A DNA stretch of 32,000 nt. Origin: Pseudomonadota bacterium (lineage in GTDB: Bacteria; Myxococcota_A; Polyangia; Polyangiales; Polyangiaceae). Positions within the stretch are counted from its first letter, which is position 1; each line of letters starts with the position of its first letter. The stretch spans positions 1 through 32,000 of the forward strand of contig JAFAER010000267.1 in NCBI GenBank assembly GCA_023423895.1, given 5' to 3'. The notes under the pieces were generated by a model. That model had not been told where the DNA came from. It ran no database searches and worked only from the letters and a program-made list of their open reading frames with translations. Below are positions 20,690-31,198 of the stretch, one piece after another. Position numbers and translations under genes: made by a program.

Positions 20690-22464
20690 AGGGCTGGTTT
20701 GGAACGCGCGTGCGCATGTCGACGGGTGCAGCGGCCGTCGTCGGGATCGCCATCGCCGTCGGCGGTGTCGGCGCCTGCAGCGATGACGGGCGCGGTGGAT
20801 TCGAACAGCCTGAGACGACATTCGCGGCCGACGCCTCGACGGAGGCTGCTCCAGGCTGCCGACTCCAGTGCTCGCTCGATGGTCGCTCGGTCATCGAGGA
20901 CTGCTCGGGCAAGATCGTCCAGAACTGCAGCGCCGAGCTCGCCTGCGGCGCCGGTGCTTGCATCGAGCCATGCGCGGCCGCAAACGCCGATCGGAGCTCG
21001 AGCGGCTGCGAGTTCTACTTTCAGCCGCCGCGATTCGACAGAAAGTTCCCAGACAACTGCTACGCCGCGTTCGTGGTCAACTCATCGATCCAGCCAGCAA
21101 AGCTCTCACTCGAGCTCGAAGGAAAAGCGCTCGACCTCTCGAGATCCGTATTTCGCACCAATCCCGGGAGTGCGGAGCTACATCCTCACAACGGCGATAT
21201 CGCCCCGGGTGAGAGCGTGGTCGTCTTCGTCACCGATCGCGATCCAGCTGTTGCGCCGGGCCTCGGCGACGTCTACCGGGTGCCTTGTCCGACCGGAGTG
21301 GTCCCGACGACGTTCGTCGACAAGGTCCCGGACGGCACCGGCGTCGGCTCGTCCTTCCACTTGTCGAGCAGTGTGCCGGTGACGACGACGACGATCTACC
21401 CGTTCGGTGGAGCCAACTCCGTCCTTTCGACGGCCTCGCTCATCCTGCCCGTGGGGACGTGGGGAAAGGAGCACGTGCTCGTCAATCCCTGGGAGGCGCA
21501 GGGCGATGGCGTGCCTGGTACTCAGATCGTCGCGTCGGAGGACGACACCGAGGTGACGCTCGTTCCGAAGCGCGATCTCGAAGATGGGGACGGACTCAAG
21601 GGCGGTCTCGCGGGCTTCCCGCTCACGTATCGGATTTCCAAGGGCCAACACCTCCAGTTCATACAGGAGGCGGAGCTCAGTGGGAGCATCGTCACCTCGA
21701 ACAAGCCCACGGCGGTCGTTGGGGGCCACGTCTGTGCGTCGATTGGTACTGCTGCTTGCGACATCCTGGGGCAGCAGATTCCTGCGTACGAACAGTGGGG
21801 GGCCGAGTACGTGGGGGTCGGCTACCGTCCGCGGCTGGGCAACGAGCACGAGCCGATGGTCTATCGGCTCGTCGCGGCACGCGACGGAACGCGCCTCGAC
21901 TACGATCCCGCTCTACCGCCCGGCGCCCCCGTCACGATGTCTGCCGGCGAGGTGGCGACGTTTCGGGCCGGGACAGGGGATGCATTCGTCGTTCGCACGC
22001 AGGACGTCGATCATCCCATCTATCTCGCCGCATACATGACAGGCGGATTGAACTACCTCGAACAAGGCGATGCGGAGTTCGTCAATGTCGTTCCCGCCAA
22101 ACAATATCTGAGCTCGTACAGCTTCTATGCGGATCCGAGCTACGACGAGACCTCGCTCGTCATCGTACGAGCGAAGTCCGACGGTGCGTTCAAGGACGTC
22201 TGGCTCGAGTGTGCCGGCAACCTGACAGCATGGACGCCGATCGGAACGAGAGGCGAGTACGAGTTCGCCCGGGTCGATCTTCAGCGCCGCGGTGGGCCCG
22301 GCGAGGCATTCGGCACGAGCGTATGTCAGGCTGGCCTCCAGCGAATGCGGAGCGAAGGCGCGTTCACCGCCACGTTGTGGGGCTGGGCCAAGTATGCCAG
22401 CTACGCCTATCCCGGCGGCATGGCAATGCGAAAGCTGGTCGACCTGCCGCTGTCGATCCGCTGA
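20686..22464 (+). CDS. lipoprotein with IgGFc-binding-protein-N-terminal-like domain
   Basis: ATGA overlap with the upstream stop, lipobox GVGAC. The central region VTSNKPTAVVGGHVCASIGTAACDILGQQIPAYEQWG resembles the bacterial IgGFc_binding domain signature (recalled, not searched). Confidence 0.65.
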   Translation: MKGWFGTRVRMSTGAAAVVGIAIAVGGVGACSDDGRGGFEQPETTFAADASTEAAPGCRLQCSLDGRSVIEDCSGKIVQNCSAELACGAGACIEPCAAANADRSSSGCEFYFQPPRFDRKFPDNCYAAFVVNSSIQPAKLSLELEGKALDLSRSVFRTNPGSAELHPHNGDIAPGESVVVFVTDRDPAVAPGLGDVYRVPCPTGVVPTTFVDKVPDGTGVGSSFHLSSSVPVTTTTIYPFGGANSVLSTASLILPVGTWGKEHVLVNPWEAQGDGVPGTQIVASEDDTEVTLVPKRDLEDGDGLKGGLAGFPLTYRISKGQHLQFIQEAELSGSIVTSNKPTAVVGGHVCASIGTAACDILGQQIPAYEQWGAEYVGVGYRPRLGNEHEPMVYRLVAARDGTRLDYDPALPPGAPVTMSAGEVATFRAGTGDAFVVRTQDVDHPIYLAAYMTGGLNYLEQGDAEFVNVVPAKQYLSSYSFYADPSYDETSLVIVRAKSDGAFKDVWLECAGNLTAWTPIGTRGEYEFARVDLQRRGGPGEAFGTSVCQAGLQRMRSEGAFTATLWGWAKYASYAYPGGMAMRKLVDLPLSIR

Positions 22465-22765
22465 TCTCGAGCGACCGTCCGCGCACGACGCGGGTCCCCG
22501 AATGGACCGCTCCGGCCGCGCCGAGGATCGCCGGACCGTATCGGGCTCCTCGACTCCGCTCATGAGGAGAGCTCGGCGAGCGTGAGAGCGCGCAACTTCG
22601 CGCCCCGATGGCTCGCCGTCGCGCGTCGTACTTGGTCGGAGCCGCAGGCCATCGTGCGTTCCACCGGCGGGCGGCCCTCGGGCCGGCCCGATCTGGCCCG
22701 GGCCAGGGCGCCGATGCGCGATGTAGCGAGAATTACTCGCGCCGGCTTCCGGCACGCTCGTCGCA

Positions 22766-24340
22766 ATGGTGGCTGGCATGCTCGCCATCGCACAGAGCGC
22801 TGTCCTCGCCGGGATCGCGTCGTCGCCGGTTCGTGTCGAAGTGCAGGCCGAACGAGGGATTCCCACGTTCGAGCTGGTCGGGCTCGCGGAGGCAGCCGTT
22901 CGTGAGAGCCGCGTCCGCGTGAAGAGCGCGCTCGCCGGTGTCGGAGTCGACATCAGCGAGTACCGCGTGACGGTGAACCTTGCACCGGCGGACGTGAAGA
23001 AGAGCGGTAGCTCGTTCGATCTCGCGATCGCGCTCGGAACCTTGGTCGCTCTCGGGGCGCTTCCCGAAGACGCGCTCGCCGGCGTCCTCGTGCTCGGCGA
23101 GCTGTCGCTGAACGGCGGCGTCCAGAGCCTGCGTGGTGTCGTCGCCCATCTGCTCGGCGCGAAGAAGCGCGGGGTCGCGCGGGCGATCGTCCCACGGGCG
23201 AACGAGCGGGAAGCCGCGCTCGTCGACGACGTGGAGGTGGAGCTCGCGGTGTCACTCGCCGAGGTCGTCGAGGCGCTTGCCGGACGCGCTTCATTGCCGA
23301 CGCCGAAAGCTGCGCCCGGCGAGCTGACGCGCGACCCCATGGACGATCTCGCCGATGTTCGCGGCCAGCACAGCGCCCGGCGCGCGCTCGAGGTCGCGGC
23401 CTCGGGTGGGCACAACCTGCTCATGATGGGACCTCCGGGCGCGGGCAAGACGATGCTCGCGCGGCGCCTGCCCGGGATCCTGCCGCTGCTCACGCGCGAA
23501 GAGGCGCTCGAGGTCATCGCGATCCACGGCGTCGCGGGGCTGCTCGGTTCGACGTCGAACGTGATCGTCGAGCGGCCGTTCCGCGCGCCGCATCACACGG
23601 CGAGCGACGTCGCGCTCGTCGGCGGAGGTGAACAGTCGCGCCCGGGCGAGGTGAGCCTCGCGCATCACGGTGTGCTCTTCCTCGACGAGCTCTCGGAGCT
23701 ACGGCGCACCGCGCTCGAGGCGCTGCGCCAACCGCTCGAGGACGGGTTCGTGACGGTCTGCCGGATGCGAGGCACCGCGACGTTCCCCGCGCGGCCGATG
23801 CTCATCGGCGCGACCAATCCCTGTCCGTGCGGAAACCACGGCGACGGCACGAACCGATGCCACTGCGGACACGAGGCGATCCGCCTCTATCGTCGGCGCC
23901 TCAGCGGGCCGCTGCTCGATCGGCTCGACCTCCATGTCGTGCTTCCGCGCGTCGATCTGCTCGAGCTCCAGTCGGCAAAGGGTGGGGGAGAGCCGAGCGC
24001 CATCGTCCGCGCACGTGTCGAGCGAGCTCGCGCGATCCAGCGGGAGCGATTCCTCGCCGGAGAGGCCTCCGTGCAGACCAATGCGCACCTCGCGCAGCGT
24101 GATGTCGACCGCATCTGCAGGCTCGACGCGAAGGGGAAGTCCGTTCTCGCCCAGGCCGTCGAGCGGCGCGGACTCTCGGCGCGCGCTTACGGCAAGGTCG
24201 TGCGCGTCGCGCGGACGATTGCGGACATGGAAGGCGCGACCGCCATCGCCGCGCATCACGTCGTCGAAGCCGTCGCGGGACGCGTGCTCGATCGTGATCC
24301 GACGAACGGACGGCCGGCTTCCGAAACTGACGCGGCCTGA
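22766..24340 (+). CDS. comM: YifB/ComM family Mg-chelatase-like AAA+ ATPase
   Basis: N-terminal Lon-protease-like domain (VRVEVQ..GIPTFELVGLAEAAVRESRVRV), Walker A GPPGAGKT, GVLFLDELSE, and a Cys cluster CPCGNHGDGTNRCHC. Confidence 0.9.
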   Translation: MVAGMLAIAQSAVLAGIASSPVRVEVQAERGIPTFELVGLAEAAVRESRVRVKSALAGVGVDISEYRVTVNLAPADVKKSGSSFDLAIALGTLVALGALPEDALAGVLVLGELSLNGGVQSLRGVVAHLLGAKKRGVARAIVPRANEREAALVDDVEVELAVSLAEVVEALAGRASLPTPKAAPGELTRDPMDDLADVRGQHSARRALEVAASGGHNLLMMGPPGAGKTMLARRLPGILPLLTREEALEVIAIHGVAGLLGSTSNVIVERPFRAPHHTASDVALVGGGEQSRPGEVSLAHHGVLFLDELSELRRTALEALRQPLEDGFVTVCRMRGTATFPARPMLIGATNPCPCGNHGDGTNRCHCGHEAIRLYRRRLSGPLLDRLDLHVVLPRVDLLELQSAKGGGEPSAIVRARVERARAIQRERFLAGEASVQTNAHLAQRDVDRICRLDAKGKSVLAQAVERRGLSARAYGKVVRVARTIADMEGATAIAAHHVVEAVAGRVLDRDPTNGRPASETDAA

Positions 24341-24447
24341 CCCTTCGGATTCCGAAGGCCGCGCCCGACACATGAACGGCATGCGCCGCGCTCGCCGGCG
24401 ACGTGTGCCCTCTGACCGACCCGGCGAGATCGAAGGAGACGAAGACA

Positions 24448-25476
24448 ATGCTCGAGCAGCTCGCAGAGAAGATGAAGGTCCTCAAGGGCGTGGTGGTGTC
24501 CGTCGAGAAGCAGTTCGGAAAGGGCGCCATCATGTCGCTCGGCGATGAGGGGGCGCTCGAGCCGGTGCCGACGATCCCGACCGGATCGCTCGCCCTCGAT
24601 CTCGCGACGGGCGTCGGCGGCTATCCGCGCGGCCGTGTCGTCGAGGTCTACGGTCCGGAGTCGAGTGGCAAGACGACGCTCTCGCTCCATGCCATCGCGC
24701 AGGCGCAGCGCGCGGGCGGCGTCTGCGCGTTCATCGATGCGGAGCACGCCTTCGACGCGGCGTACGCGCGATCGATCGGCGTCGAGACGGACAAGCTGCT
24801 CGTCTCGCAGCCGGACACGGGAGAGCAGGCGCTCGACATCGTCGACATCCTGGTTCGTTCGGGCGCGATCGACCTCGTCGTCGTCGACTCGGTCGCGGCG
24901 CTCGTCCCGCGCGCCGAGATCGAGGGCGAAATGGGCGACAGCCACATGGGCCTGCAGGCGCGTCTCATGAGCCAGGCTCTCCGCAAGCTCACGGCGATCG
25001 CGCACCGGACGAACACGACGATCATGTTCATCAACCAGCTCCGGCAGAAGATCGGCGTGACGTTCGGCAGTCCCGAGACGACGACGGGCGGCAACGCGCT
25101 GAAGTTCTACGCGTCGATGCGCCTCGACGTCCGTCGCATCGGCCAGGTGAAGGTCGGCGACGAGCTCGTCGGCGGCCGGACGCGGGTCAAATTGGCCAAA
25201 AACAAAATGGCCCCGCCGTTCTGTGAAGCGGAGTTCGAGATCCGGTATGGCAAGGGCGTCGACGGGCTCAGTGAGCTGCTCGACCTGGGGCTCGCGCGAG
25301 GGCTGATCGAGAAGAGCGGCAACCATCTGTCGTTCGCGGGCACCACGCTCGGCAACGGACGCGAGCGCTCGCGCGACGCGATCGCTCAGAGCGCGGAGCT
25401 CCAGACGACGCTACGTCAGGCCATCCTCGCATCGGGGCCGGTGCGGCCGGGTCGCCGCGCCGAGGCCGACGCGTAG
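24448..25476 (+). CDS. recA: recombinase RecA
   Basis: [90 protein letters not shown] 24448 follows AAGGAG by 10 nt. Confidence 0.97.
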   Translation: MLEQLAEKMKVLKGVVVSVEKQFGKGAIMSLGDEGALEPVPTIPTGSLALDLATGVGGYPRGRVVEVYGPESSGKTTLSLHAIAQAQRAGGVCAFIDAEHAFDAAYARSIGVETDKLLVSQPDTGEQALDIVDILVRSGAIDLVVVDSVAALVPRAEIEGEMGDSHMGLQARLMSQALRKLTAIAHRTNTTIMFINQLRQKIGVTFGSPETTTGGNALKFYASMRLDVRRIGQVKVGDELVGGRTRVKLAKNKMAPPFCEAEFEIRYGKGVDGLSELLDLGLARGLIEKSGNHLSFAGTTLGNGRERSRDAIAQSAELQTTLRQAILASGPVRPGRRAEADA

Positions 25477-25736
25477 CGCGTCACCACCCACCACGAACAC
25501 CACGACGGCGGTGGGGCCGGGGCCAGAAGCCCACGGCGGAAGCAGCACTGGCGAGGCGGCTCTCCTCTCTTCGCACCCTACGGAGGAGGGCTGCCTCGCC
25601 CTGGGGCGGCTGCGTCGAGGAGAGGTATGCTTGACGCCTCGTCGCCGCTGACGATTGATGCATCCTGCGCGAGAGCGCCGCCTCCCTCCAAACCCTCCGG
25701 CCCGTCCGGACTACGCGCAAAAGGCTGCCCATCTTC

Positions 25737-26906
25737 ATGCGGGAAGCTCTCGATCCCACGCCGCGCTACGGCGGCGACCTCGACCGGGCCTTGTCGAGCC
25801 GTCACATGCCCGTCCTCGACGGCCTGCGTGCGCTCGCGGCGATGGCGGTCGTCTTCTACCACTTCGACGAAGAGCGATTCCCGATTGGCGGGACCGGCGT
25901 TCTCACGTTCTTCGTGCTCTCGGGCTTCCTGATCACGTGGCTCATGTGTGACGAAGCGGAGCGCACCGGGACGATCTCGCTCCGGCGCTTCTACGCTCGG
26001 CGGTCACTTCGAATCTTCCCGGCGTTCTACGTCTACTGGCTGGCGGCTCTCGGCCTCGCCGTGCTGCTGCACGTGCAGAAGGGACGGCCGATTCCGTGGG
26101 GACAGGCGACGGCGTCGTTTTTCTACGTCTGCAACTATTACCAGGGCCTGAACCACTATCCGTCGTCGGGCTTCAGCCACACCTGGTCGCTCGGCGTGGA
26201 AGAGCAGTTCTATCTGCTCTGGCCTGCAGCTTTCCTCGTTATCGCGCGCCTCGCCCCGATCCGTCGCGTGGTCGTCACGGCCGGCATCGTGGCGCTCTTC
26301 TTCGCCATTCGATTGACCCTGCACCTGATCGTCGGCGTCCCCGAAGAGTACGTGTACACGTCCTTCGAGACGCGCGCGGATCAGCTCGCCGTTGGCTGCC
26401 TGCTCGCCGTCGTTCTCCGCAGCGGCGCGGCCGCCCCCGTCGTGCGCGCGCTCGCCACTCCGGCGGCGACGCTCGTGACGTTCGGTGTCTTCGTGTTCTC
26501 CCAGTACCTCTCGTTCACGCACGGTACGGACTATCGCAACGCCGTGGGCTTCTCGATCGAGCCGGCGCTCGTGGCGACGCTCATCCTGCAGCTATTCGCG
26601 TCGCACCGGAGGCCTTGGGTGCGCTGGCTCGACAGCGGGCCGCTGCGCTTCCTCGGACGGCTCTCCTATTCGATCTATCTCTATCAACAGCTCGTGCTGC
26701 ACATCCTCCCGCGGTTCGTCCCCAAGACGCTTCCGTGGCTGGTTCGTCTCCCGATCTCTGCGGGCGCGGTGGTGCTCGTCGCCTACGCGTCGTACCGCTT
26801 CGTCGAGCAGCCCTTCAATCGGCTGAAGACGCGGTTCGCAGCGCCCACGACGAAGGCGTCGACCGCTACCGAAAGCGGCCCGGACGAGAGGCGCGCGGTC
26901 GCGTAA
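25737..26906 (+). CDS. acyltransferase family 3 (membrane O-acyltransferase)
   Basis: LDGLRALAAMAVVFYHF, FFVLSGFLIT and multiple TM segments. The start could be the internal ATG at 25806. Confidence 0.8.
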   Translation: MREALDPTPRYGGDLDRALSSRHMPVLDGLRALAAMAVVFYHFDEERFPIGGTGVLTFFVLSGFLITWLMCDEAERTGTISLRRFYARRSLRIFPAFYVYWLAALGLAVLLHVQKGRPIPWGQATASFFYVCNYYQGLNHYPSSGFSHTWSLGVEEQFYLLWPAAFLVIARLAPIRRVVVTAGIVALFFAIRLTLHLIVGVPEEYVYTSFETRADQLAVGCLLAVVLRSGAAAPVVRALATPAATLVTFGVFVFSQYLSFTHGTDYRNAVGFSIEPALVATLILQLFASHRRPWVRWLDSGPLRFLGRLSYSIYLYQQLVLHILPRFVPKTLPWLVRLPISAGAVVLVAYASYRFVEQPFNRLKTRFAAPTTKASTATESGPDERRAVA

Positions 26907-27052
26907 CGAGGCGCCGCGACGAGCTCGTGAGCCGCTTCCGGGAGGACGCCGTCGCCGAGCTAGCGGATCGACGACGCGGGGTCGGCAGGTGTTCGTCGCG
27001 GCGGAGGGCCGCCTCATCGTTTGCGGCACCAATCTTGGTTCGCCGATGCCGC

Positions 27053-27940
27053 ATGAGGAACGAGCCGCAAGTAGATCCGAAAGCTCGAGCGAAGAAGCCC
27101 CCGTTCGACGAGGGCGAACAGTCCGCGCCGGGGCGCGAATCCCGGATGAGGGAGAAGCCGGACCACGGCGAAGAGAGTTACCGCGGCCATGACAGGCTCG
27201 TGGGTCGTGTGGCGCTCGTGACGGGCGCCGACAGCGGGATCGGGCGAGCCGTTGCGCTTGCGTACGCTCGCGAAGGCGCCGACGTCGCCATCGCGTACCT
27301 GAACGAACACGACGACGCGAAGGAGACCGAGCGCCTGGTCACCGCCGCTGGCCGCCGGGCCGTGCTCATCCCCGGAGACCTCTCGGACGTGGCCACGTGC
27401 GACCGCGTCATCAAGACGGCCGTGGACGCCTTCGGCCGCATCGACATCCTCGTCAACAACGCTGCGTACCAAGGAAAGGCGGTCGACAAGCTCGAAGAGA
27501 TCGACGACGAGCGCGTCGAGAAGACCTTCCAGGTGAACATCATGGCGATGTTCCGCCTCGTGCGCCGCGCTCTGCCTCACATGAAGCCCGGGTCGGCGAT
27601 CATCAACGTGGCTTCGATCCAGGCGTATCAGCCGTCGAGCCAGATCCTCGACTACGCCGCGACCAAGGGCGCGATCGTGACGTTCACGAAGGGGCTCGCG
27701 CAGGAGGTCATCAAGCGAGGGATCCGCGCGAACGTCATCGCGCCCGGCCCCGTGTGGACGCCGATCATCGTCCAGTCGTTCCCGAAGGAGAAGATCGACG
27801 GCTTCGGCGAAGGTGCGCCGATGGAGCGACCTGCTCAGCCGGCGGAGATGGCGCCGGCGTTCGTCTTCCTCGCGTGCAACGATTCGAGCTACGTGAACGG
27901 AGAGGTGCTCGGGCTCACGGGCGGCAAACCTCTCGCTTGA
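27053..27940 (+). CDS. SDR family oxidoreductase (YghA/general-stress-protein-39-like)
   Basis: Basic N-terminal extension, then VALVTGADSGIGRAVA (Rossmann TGxxxGIG), NNAA, and YAATKGA (YxxxK). The longer upstream ORF (26096-) overlaps the acyltransferase and is rejected. Confidence 0.85.
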   Translation: MRNEPQVDPKARAKKPPFDEGEQSAPGRESRMREKPDHGEESYRGHDRLVGRVALVTGADSGIGRAVALAYAREGADVAIAYLNEHDDAKETERLVTAAGRRAVLIPGDLSDVATCDRVIKTAVDAFGRIDILVNNAAYQGKAVDKLEEIDDERVEKTFQVNIMAMFRLVRRALPHMKPGSAIINVASIQAYQPSSQILDYAATKGAIVTFTKGLAQEVIKRGIRANVIAPGPVWTPIIVQSFPKEKIDGFGEGAPMERPAQPAEMAPAFVFLACNDSSYVNGEVLGLTGGKPLA

Positions 27941-28030
27941 GCGGTGCGGGGGGCCGGAAGAAGGCACCGGCACCTGCATCGAGCTCACGCTCGCCCGCCC
28001 CAACGACGAGCGTGAGCTCACTCGCGAGCA

Positions 28031-29158
28031 TCAGGGCGCAGCGCGCGGCTGCGGGGGATCGGGAAAGGTTTTGCTCTTGCCGGTCGAGGCCTCCTCTGCC
28101 GCGGCCTCGTCCTGCTGATCCCAGCGAGCCTTGAGCCACGGATAGACCGTCTCGCCCATCGCGTGGAGCTGCTTCACGTGATCGGACGCGCGTGTGCCCT
28201 CGTAGCCGCGGATGTGGAAGCTCCCTTTGTCCACCGTGTAGAACTGGTGCATCTCGTGGGGGCCCGTCGCGACCGCGGGCACCTTCGAAAGGTCCGTCAT
28301 CTCGAGGAGCTTCGCGACGCACTCCTGCACGCTGGGGTAGGGGCCCGTCGGGATGGTCGTATGCGTGATCGCGAAGAGTTTCTCGTCGCGCCCGGCGGCC
28401 TGCACGAGCTTGGCGAACTTCTCGATGCCCTGCGCGTTCACCGTGCGCTTCTTCTGGTTCGTGAAGTTGGTGAAGAACCCGTCGGCGAGAAGAACCGCGT
28501 CGACGCGCGGCGTGTTGCTCTCGGTAAGGACGCGGGCAACGGAGCTGAAGCCGGCGCTCCACGCCGAGAGCGCGAGGCGGCGTAGCGTGGCGCCCTCGGC
28601 GCGGCCGCTCTTCTCGATCTCGGCCTGCGTCGCGGCGAGGAGGCGCTCGAACGCGTCCGGGTTCTTGAACGCCCTCGAGTAGGGCTCGGTGCCGGCGCCG
28701 AGGTTGACGCTCACGACGGCGACATCGAGCTTCGCGTGCTCGACGTTCGCTTCCTGCCAGCGACCCTCGCCGTGGAAGTGGACGATCAGATCGTAGCCGC
28801 CCCACTTGGCAGAGAACCACGGCGGCAGATAGAGCTCCGCGCCTCTGCCCACGCTCGCGCGGTACGCCGTGGCGGTCTCCATCTGTTTCGGGGTCTCGAC
28901 CTCGGCGGTACGGGGCGTGCGCTCCGCGGTGCTCGCCGGCCGAGCGGGCGCTGGAGCAGGAGGTCGCTCGTGCGAGCACGCAGCGACCATCGCCAGGACA
29001 GTCGCGACGATCGCGATGCGCGCGGTCCGCCGTGCGCGGGGCAGCGACGACGCGACTCGGTCCGGGGCCTTCGCCGACGTCGCCTCGGACGCGACTCGTG
29101 GAGCCGTGCAGAATGCAATTTTCCGTCGACGGGAGAGCGCGCCGGACGTGCGGTTCAT
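28031..29158 (-). CDS. hypothetical lipoprotein, possible alpha/beta-hydrolase fold
   Basis: Hydrophobic segment IAIVATVLAMVAAC (lipobox), HFHGEG, and a nucleophile-elbow-like SAWSAG. The start is uncertain (ATG 29158 chosen; the ORF runs to 29299). Confidence 0.5.
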   Translation of the reverse strand: MNRTSGALSRRRKIAFCTAPRVASEATSAKAPDRVASSLPRARRTARIAIVATVLAMVAACSHERPPAPAPARPASTAERTPRTAEVETPKQMETATAYRASVGRGAELYLPPWFSAKWGGYDLIVHFHGEGRWQEANVEHAKLDVAVVSVNLGAGTEPYSRAFKNPDAFERLLAATQAEIEKSGRAEGATLRRLALSAWSAGFSSVARVLTESNTPRVDAVLLADGFFTNFTNQKKRTVNAQGIEKFAKLVQAAGRDEKLFAITHTTIPTGPYPSVQECVAKLLEMTDLSKVPAVATGPHEMHQFYTVDKGSFHIRGYEGTRASDHVKQLHAMGETVYPWLKARWDQQDEAAAEEASTGKSKTFPDPPQPRAAP

Positions 29159-29476
29159 CGCAATTTTCCCGTGTGCTTTCAGCAAGGCAGCGGCCTCTGA
29201 GTGACGCGGACCGCAGGGGTGATGGACGCCCGCCTCAGGGTTTTTCCTTGATTCCCTGCACGCCGCTCCAAATTGTGCCGGAAGTTCGCGGTCGATCAAG
29301 TTCGCTGCATGCGGGCATCACCTTTGCCTACGCACATTTGGTCATGCCGAAGGTCGGAGTTGCCCGAGACGGCAAGTTCGTCCCGCTCGGATCGGCATGC
29401 GCTCTCCCAACCGCTCCCAAACACCGTCGACAGGATCGTGGCCGTGCTCGGGCCACGACCTTTCGTGAGAGATCGT

Positions 29477-31177
29477 ATGTCCAATCCGAAAGCTCCTGCC
29501 CGTCCGCAAACTCCCTCCGCTCCCGTTGCTCCGATGGCGCCCCAGATCCCGCACGCGGGACGGAGCGCGTCGGGGATCGCTCCTCGAAGCCCTCAAGCGC
29601 CGCTGCCTCCATCTGTGCCGCCGCCGCCGCCGCTGCCGAACAATCTCGGAAGCAGCCCGCCGCCGCCGAGCGCGACCCGTTCTGCGAACGTCCCGCCTCC
29701 GCCGCCGCTGCCAGACGCCCATGCGTCGGCGCCTGCTTCGCCGAACCCGACGCTGCCCGACATCCAGCCGGACAGGCCGACGGGCAAGAGCATTCACACC
29801 GTGCGCCAGCTCATCGAGACGGTCGCGGTGCCGCGCATCTCGCTCGCCGTGGAGCGCGAGGGTGGAATGCCGGTCCAGCGCACGATCGTGCACGACGGCG
29901 ATCTCTGCAAGATCGGCTCGCACGCGTCGAACGACATCGTGCTGCGCGACCCGATGGTCTCGCGCTTCCATTGTCGCCTCGTCCGCGAGGACGGCCTCTG
30001 GCGCCTTCGTGACTCCGGGTCGATGAACGGAACGAAGCTCGATGGTGTTCGCGTGCGCGACGCCGACATCGTCGAGGGAGGCGTGCTCACGATCGGCGAC
30101 TCGATCGTCCGTCTCCGCGCGGGGGCACCGCAGAAGGAGGACATCGTCCCGATGTTGCCCTCCTTCGGTGCGCTCGTCGGGACGAGCCTGCCGATGCGAC
30201 GGCTCTTCGGCCTGCTCGACAAGATCGCGCAGAGCGACATCAACGTCCTCATCGAAGGCGAGAGCGGCACGGGCAAAGAGCTCGTCGCGACCGAGATCAT
30301 GCAGCGCAGCTCGCGCGCCGACAAACCGTTCGTCGTCGTCGACTGCGGCGCGATCAGTCCGAGCCTCGTCGAGAGCGAGCTGTTCGGCCACGTGCGGGGT
30401 GCGTTCACCGGAGCCGATCGCGATCGCATGGGCGCGTTCGAGGCGGCCGACGGCGGCACGGTGTTCCTCGACGAGATCGGCGAGCTCCCCCTGGAGCTCC
30501 AGCCGAAGCTCCTGCGCGCGCTCGAGGCTCGCGAGATCCGGCGCGTCGGCGAGACCCGCGCGCGTCGCGTGAATGTGCGCGTCATCTCCGCGACGAACCG
30601 CGACCTCGAGCGCGAGGTCAACAAGGGCCGGTTCCGCGAAGACCTCTACTTCCGTCTCGCGGTCATCAGCGCGCGCGTGCCGCCGCTGCGTGAACGCCTC
30701 GACGATCTGTTGATCCTCGTCCGCACGTTCCTGCAGCAGCTCGGTGTCCCGGAGGAAGAGCGTCTCTTCGGCGGGCAGGTGCTCCAGGACATGGGGAAGC
30801 ACGACTGGCCGGGCAACGTCCGCGAGCTCCGGAACTACGTCGAACGGAGCGTCGTGCTCCAGTCCGCGAGCCCGACGCTACGACGCGGACAGGGTGCGGG
30901 CCCGTCGGTCGCGGGGCCGGTCAACGGGATCGACCTCTCCGTGCCGTTCCGCATCGCCAAGGATGCGGTCATCGACTCGTTCGAGCGCTCGTACCTCTCC
31001 CAGCTCCTCGAGGCCGCGAGCGGCAACATGAGCAAGGCGGCCCGCATGGCGGGCATGGACCGCATGTACCTCCACCGCCTCGTGCAGAAGCACGGCCTCC
31101 GGGGCGGTCGCGGTGCTCACGGCGGCGGGTCCGGCGAACACCAGGCGGTCCGCATCGGAGCGCAGCTCAAGGACTGA
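29477..31177 (+). CDS. sigma-54-dependent transcriptional activator with N-terminal Pro-rich region and FHA domain
   Basis: FHA (KIGSHASNDIVLRDPMVSRFHCRL..GSMNGTKLDG). AAA+ with GESGTGKE, GAFTGA, ELQPKLLRALE. C-terminal Fis-type HTH (NMSKAARMAGMDRMYLHRLVQKHGL). The start is chosen at ATG 29477; the ORF opens at 29273. Confidence 0.85.
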   Translation: MSNPKAPARPQTPSAPVAPMAPQIPHAGRSASGIAPRSPQAPLPPSVPPPPPLPNNLGSSPPPPSATRSANVPPPPPLPDAHASAPASPNPTLPDIQPDRPTGKSIHTVRQLIETVAVPRISLAVEREGGMPVQRTIVHDGDLCKIGSHASNDIVLRDPMVSRFHCRLVREDGLWRLRDSGSMNGTKLDGVRVRDADIVEGGVLTIGDSIVRLRAGAPQKEDIVPMLPSFGALVGTSLPMRRLFGLLDKIAQSDINVLIEGESGTGKELVATEIMQRSSRADKPFVVVDCGAISPSLVESELFGHVRGAFTGADRDRMGAFEAADGGTVFLDEIGELPLELQPKLLRALEAREIRRVGETRARRVNVRVISATNRDLEREVNKGRFREDLYFRLAVISARVPPLRERLDDLLILVRTFLQQLGVPEEERLFGGQVLQDMGKHDWPGNVRELRNYVERSVVLQSASPTLRRGQGAGPSVAGPVNGIDLSVPFRIAKDAVIDSFERSYLSQLLEAASGNMSKAARMAGMDRMYLHRLVQKHGLRGGRGAHGGGSGEHQAVRIGAQLKD

Positions 31178-31198
31178 CGCCGCGCGCACGCGACGCGT

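Noticed and set aside
22766-25476. comM next to recA as a possible competence/repair module of interest
   Set aside because: Both are common housekeeping genes with ordinary sequences. Adjacency alone is unremarkable.
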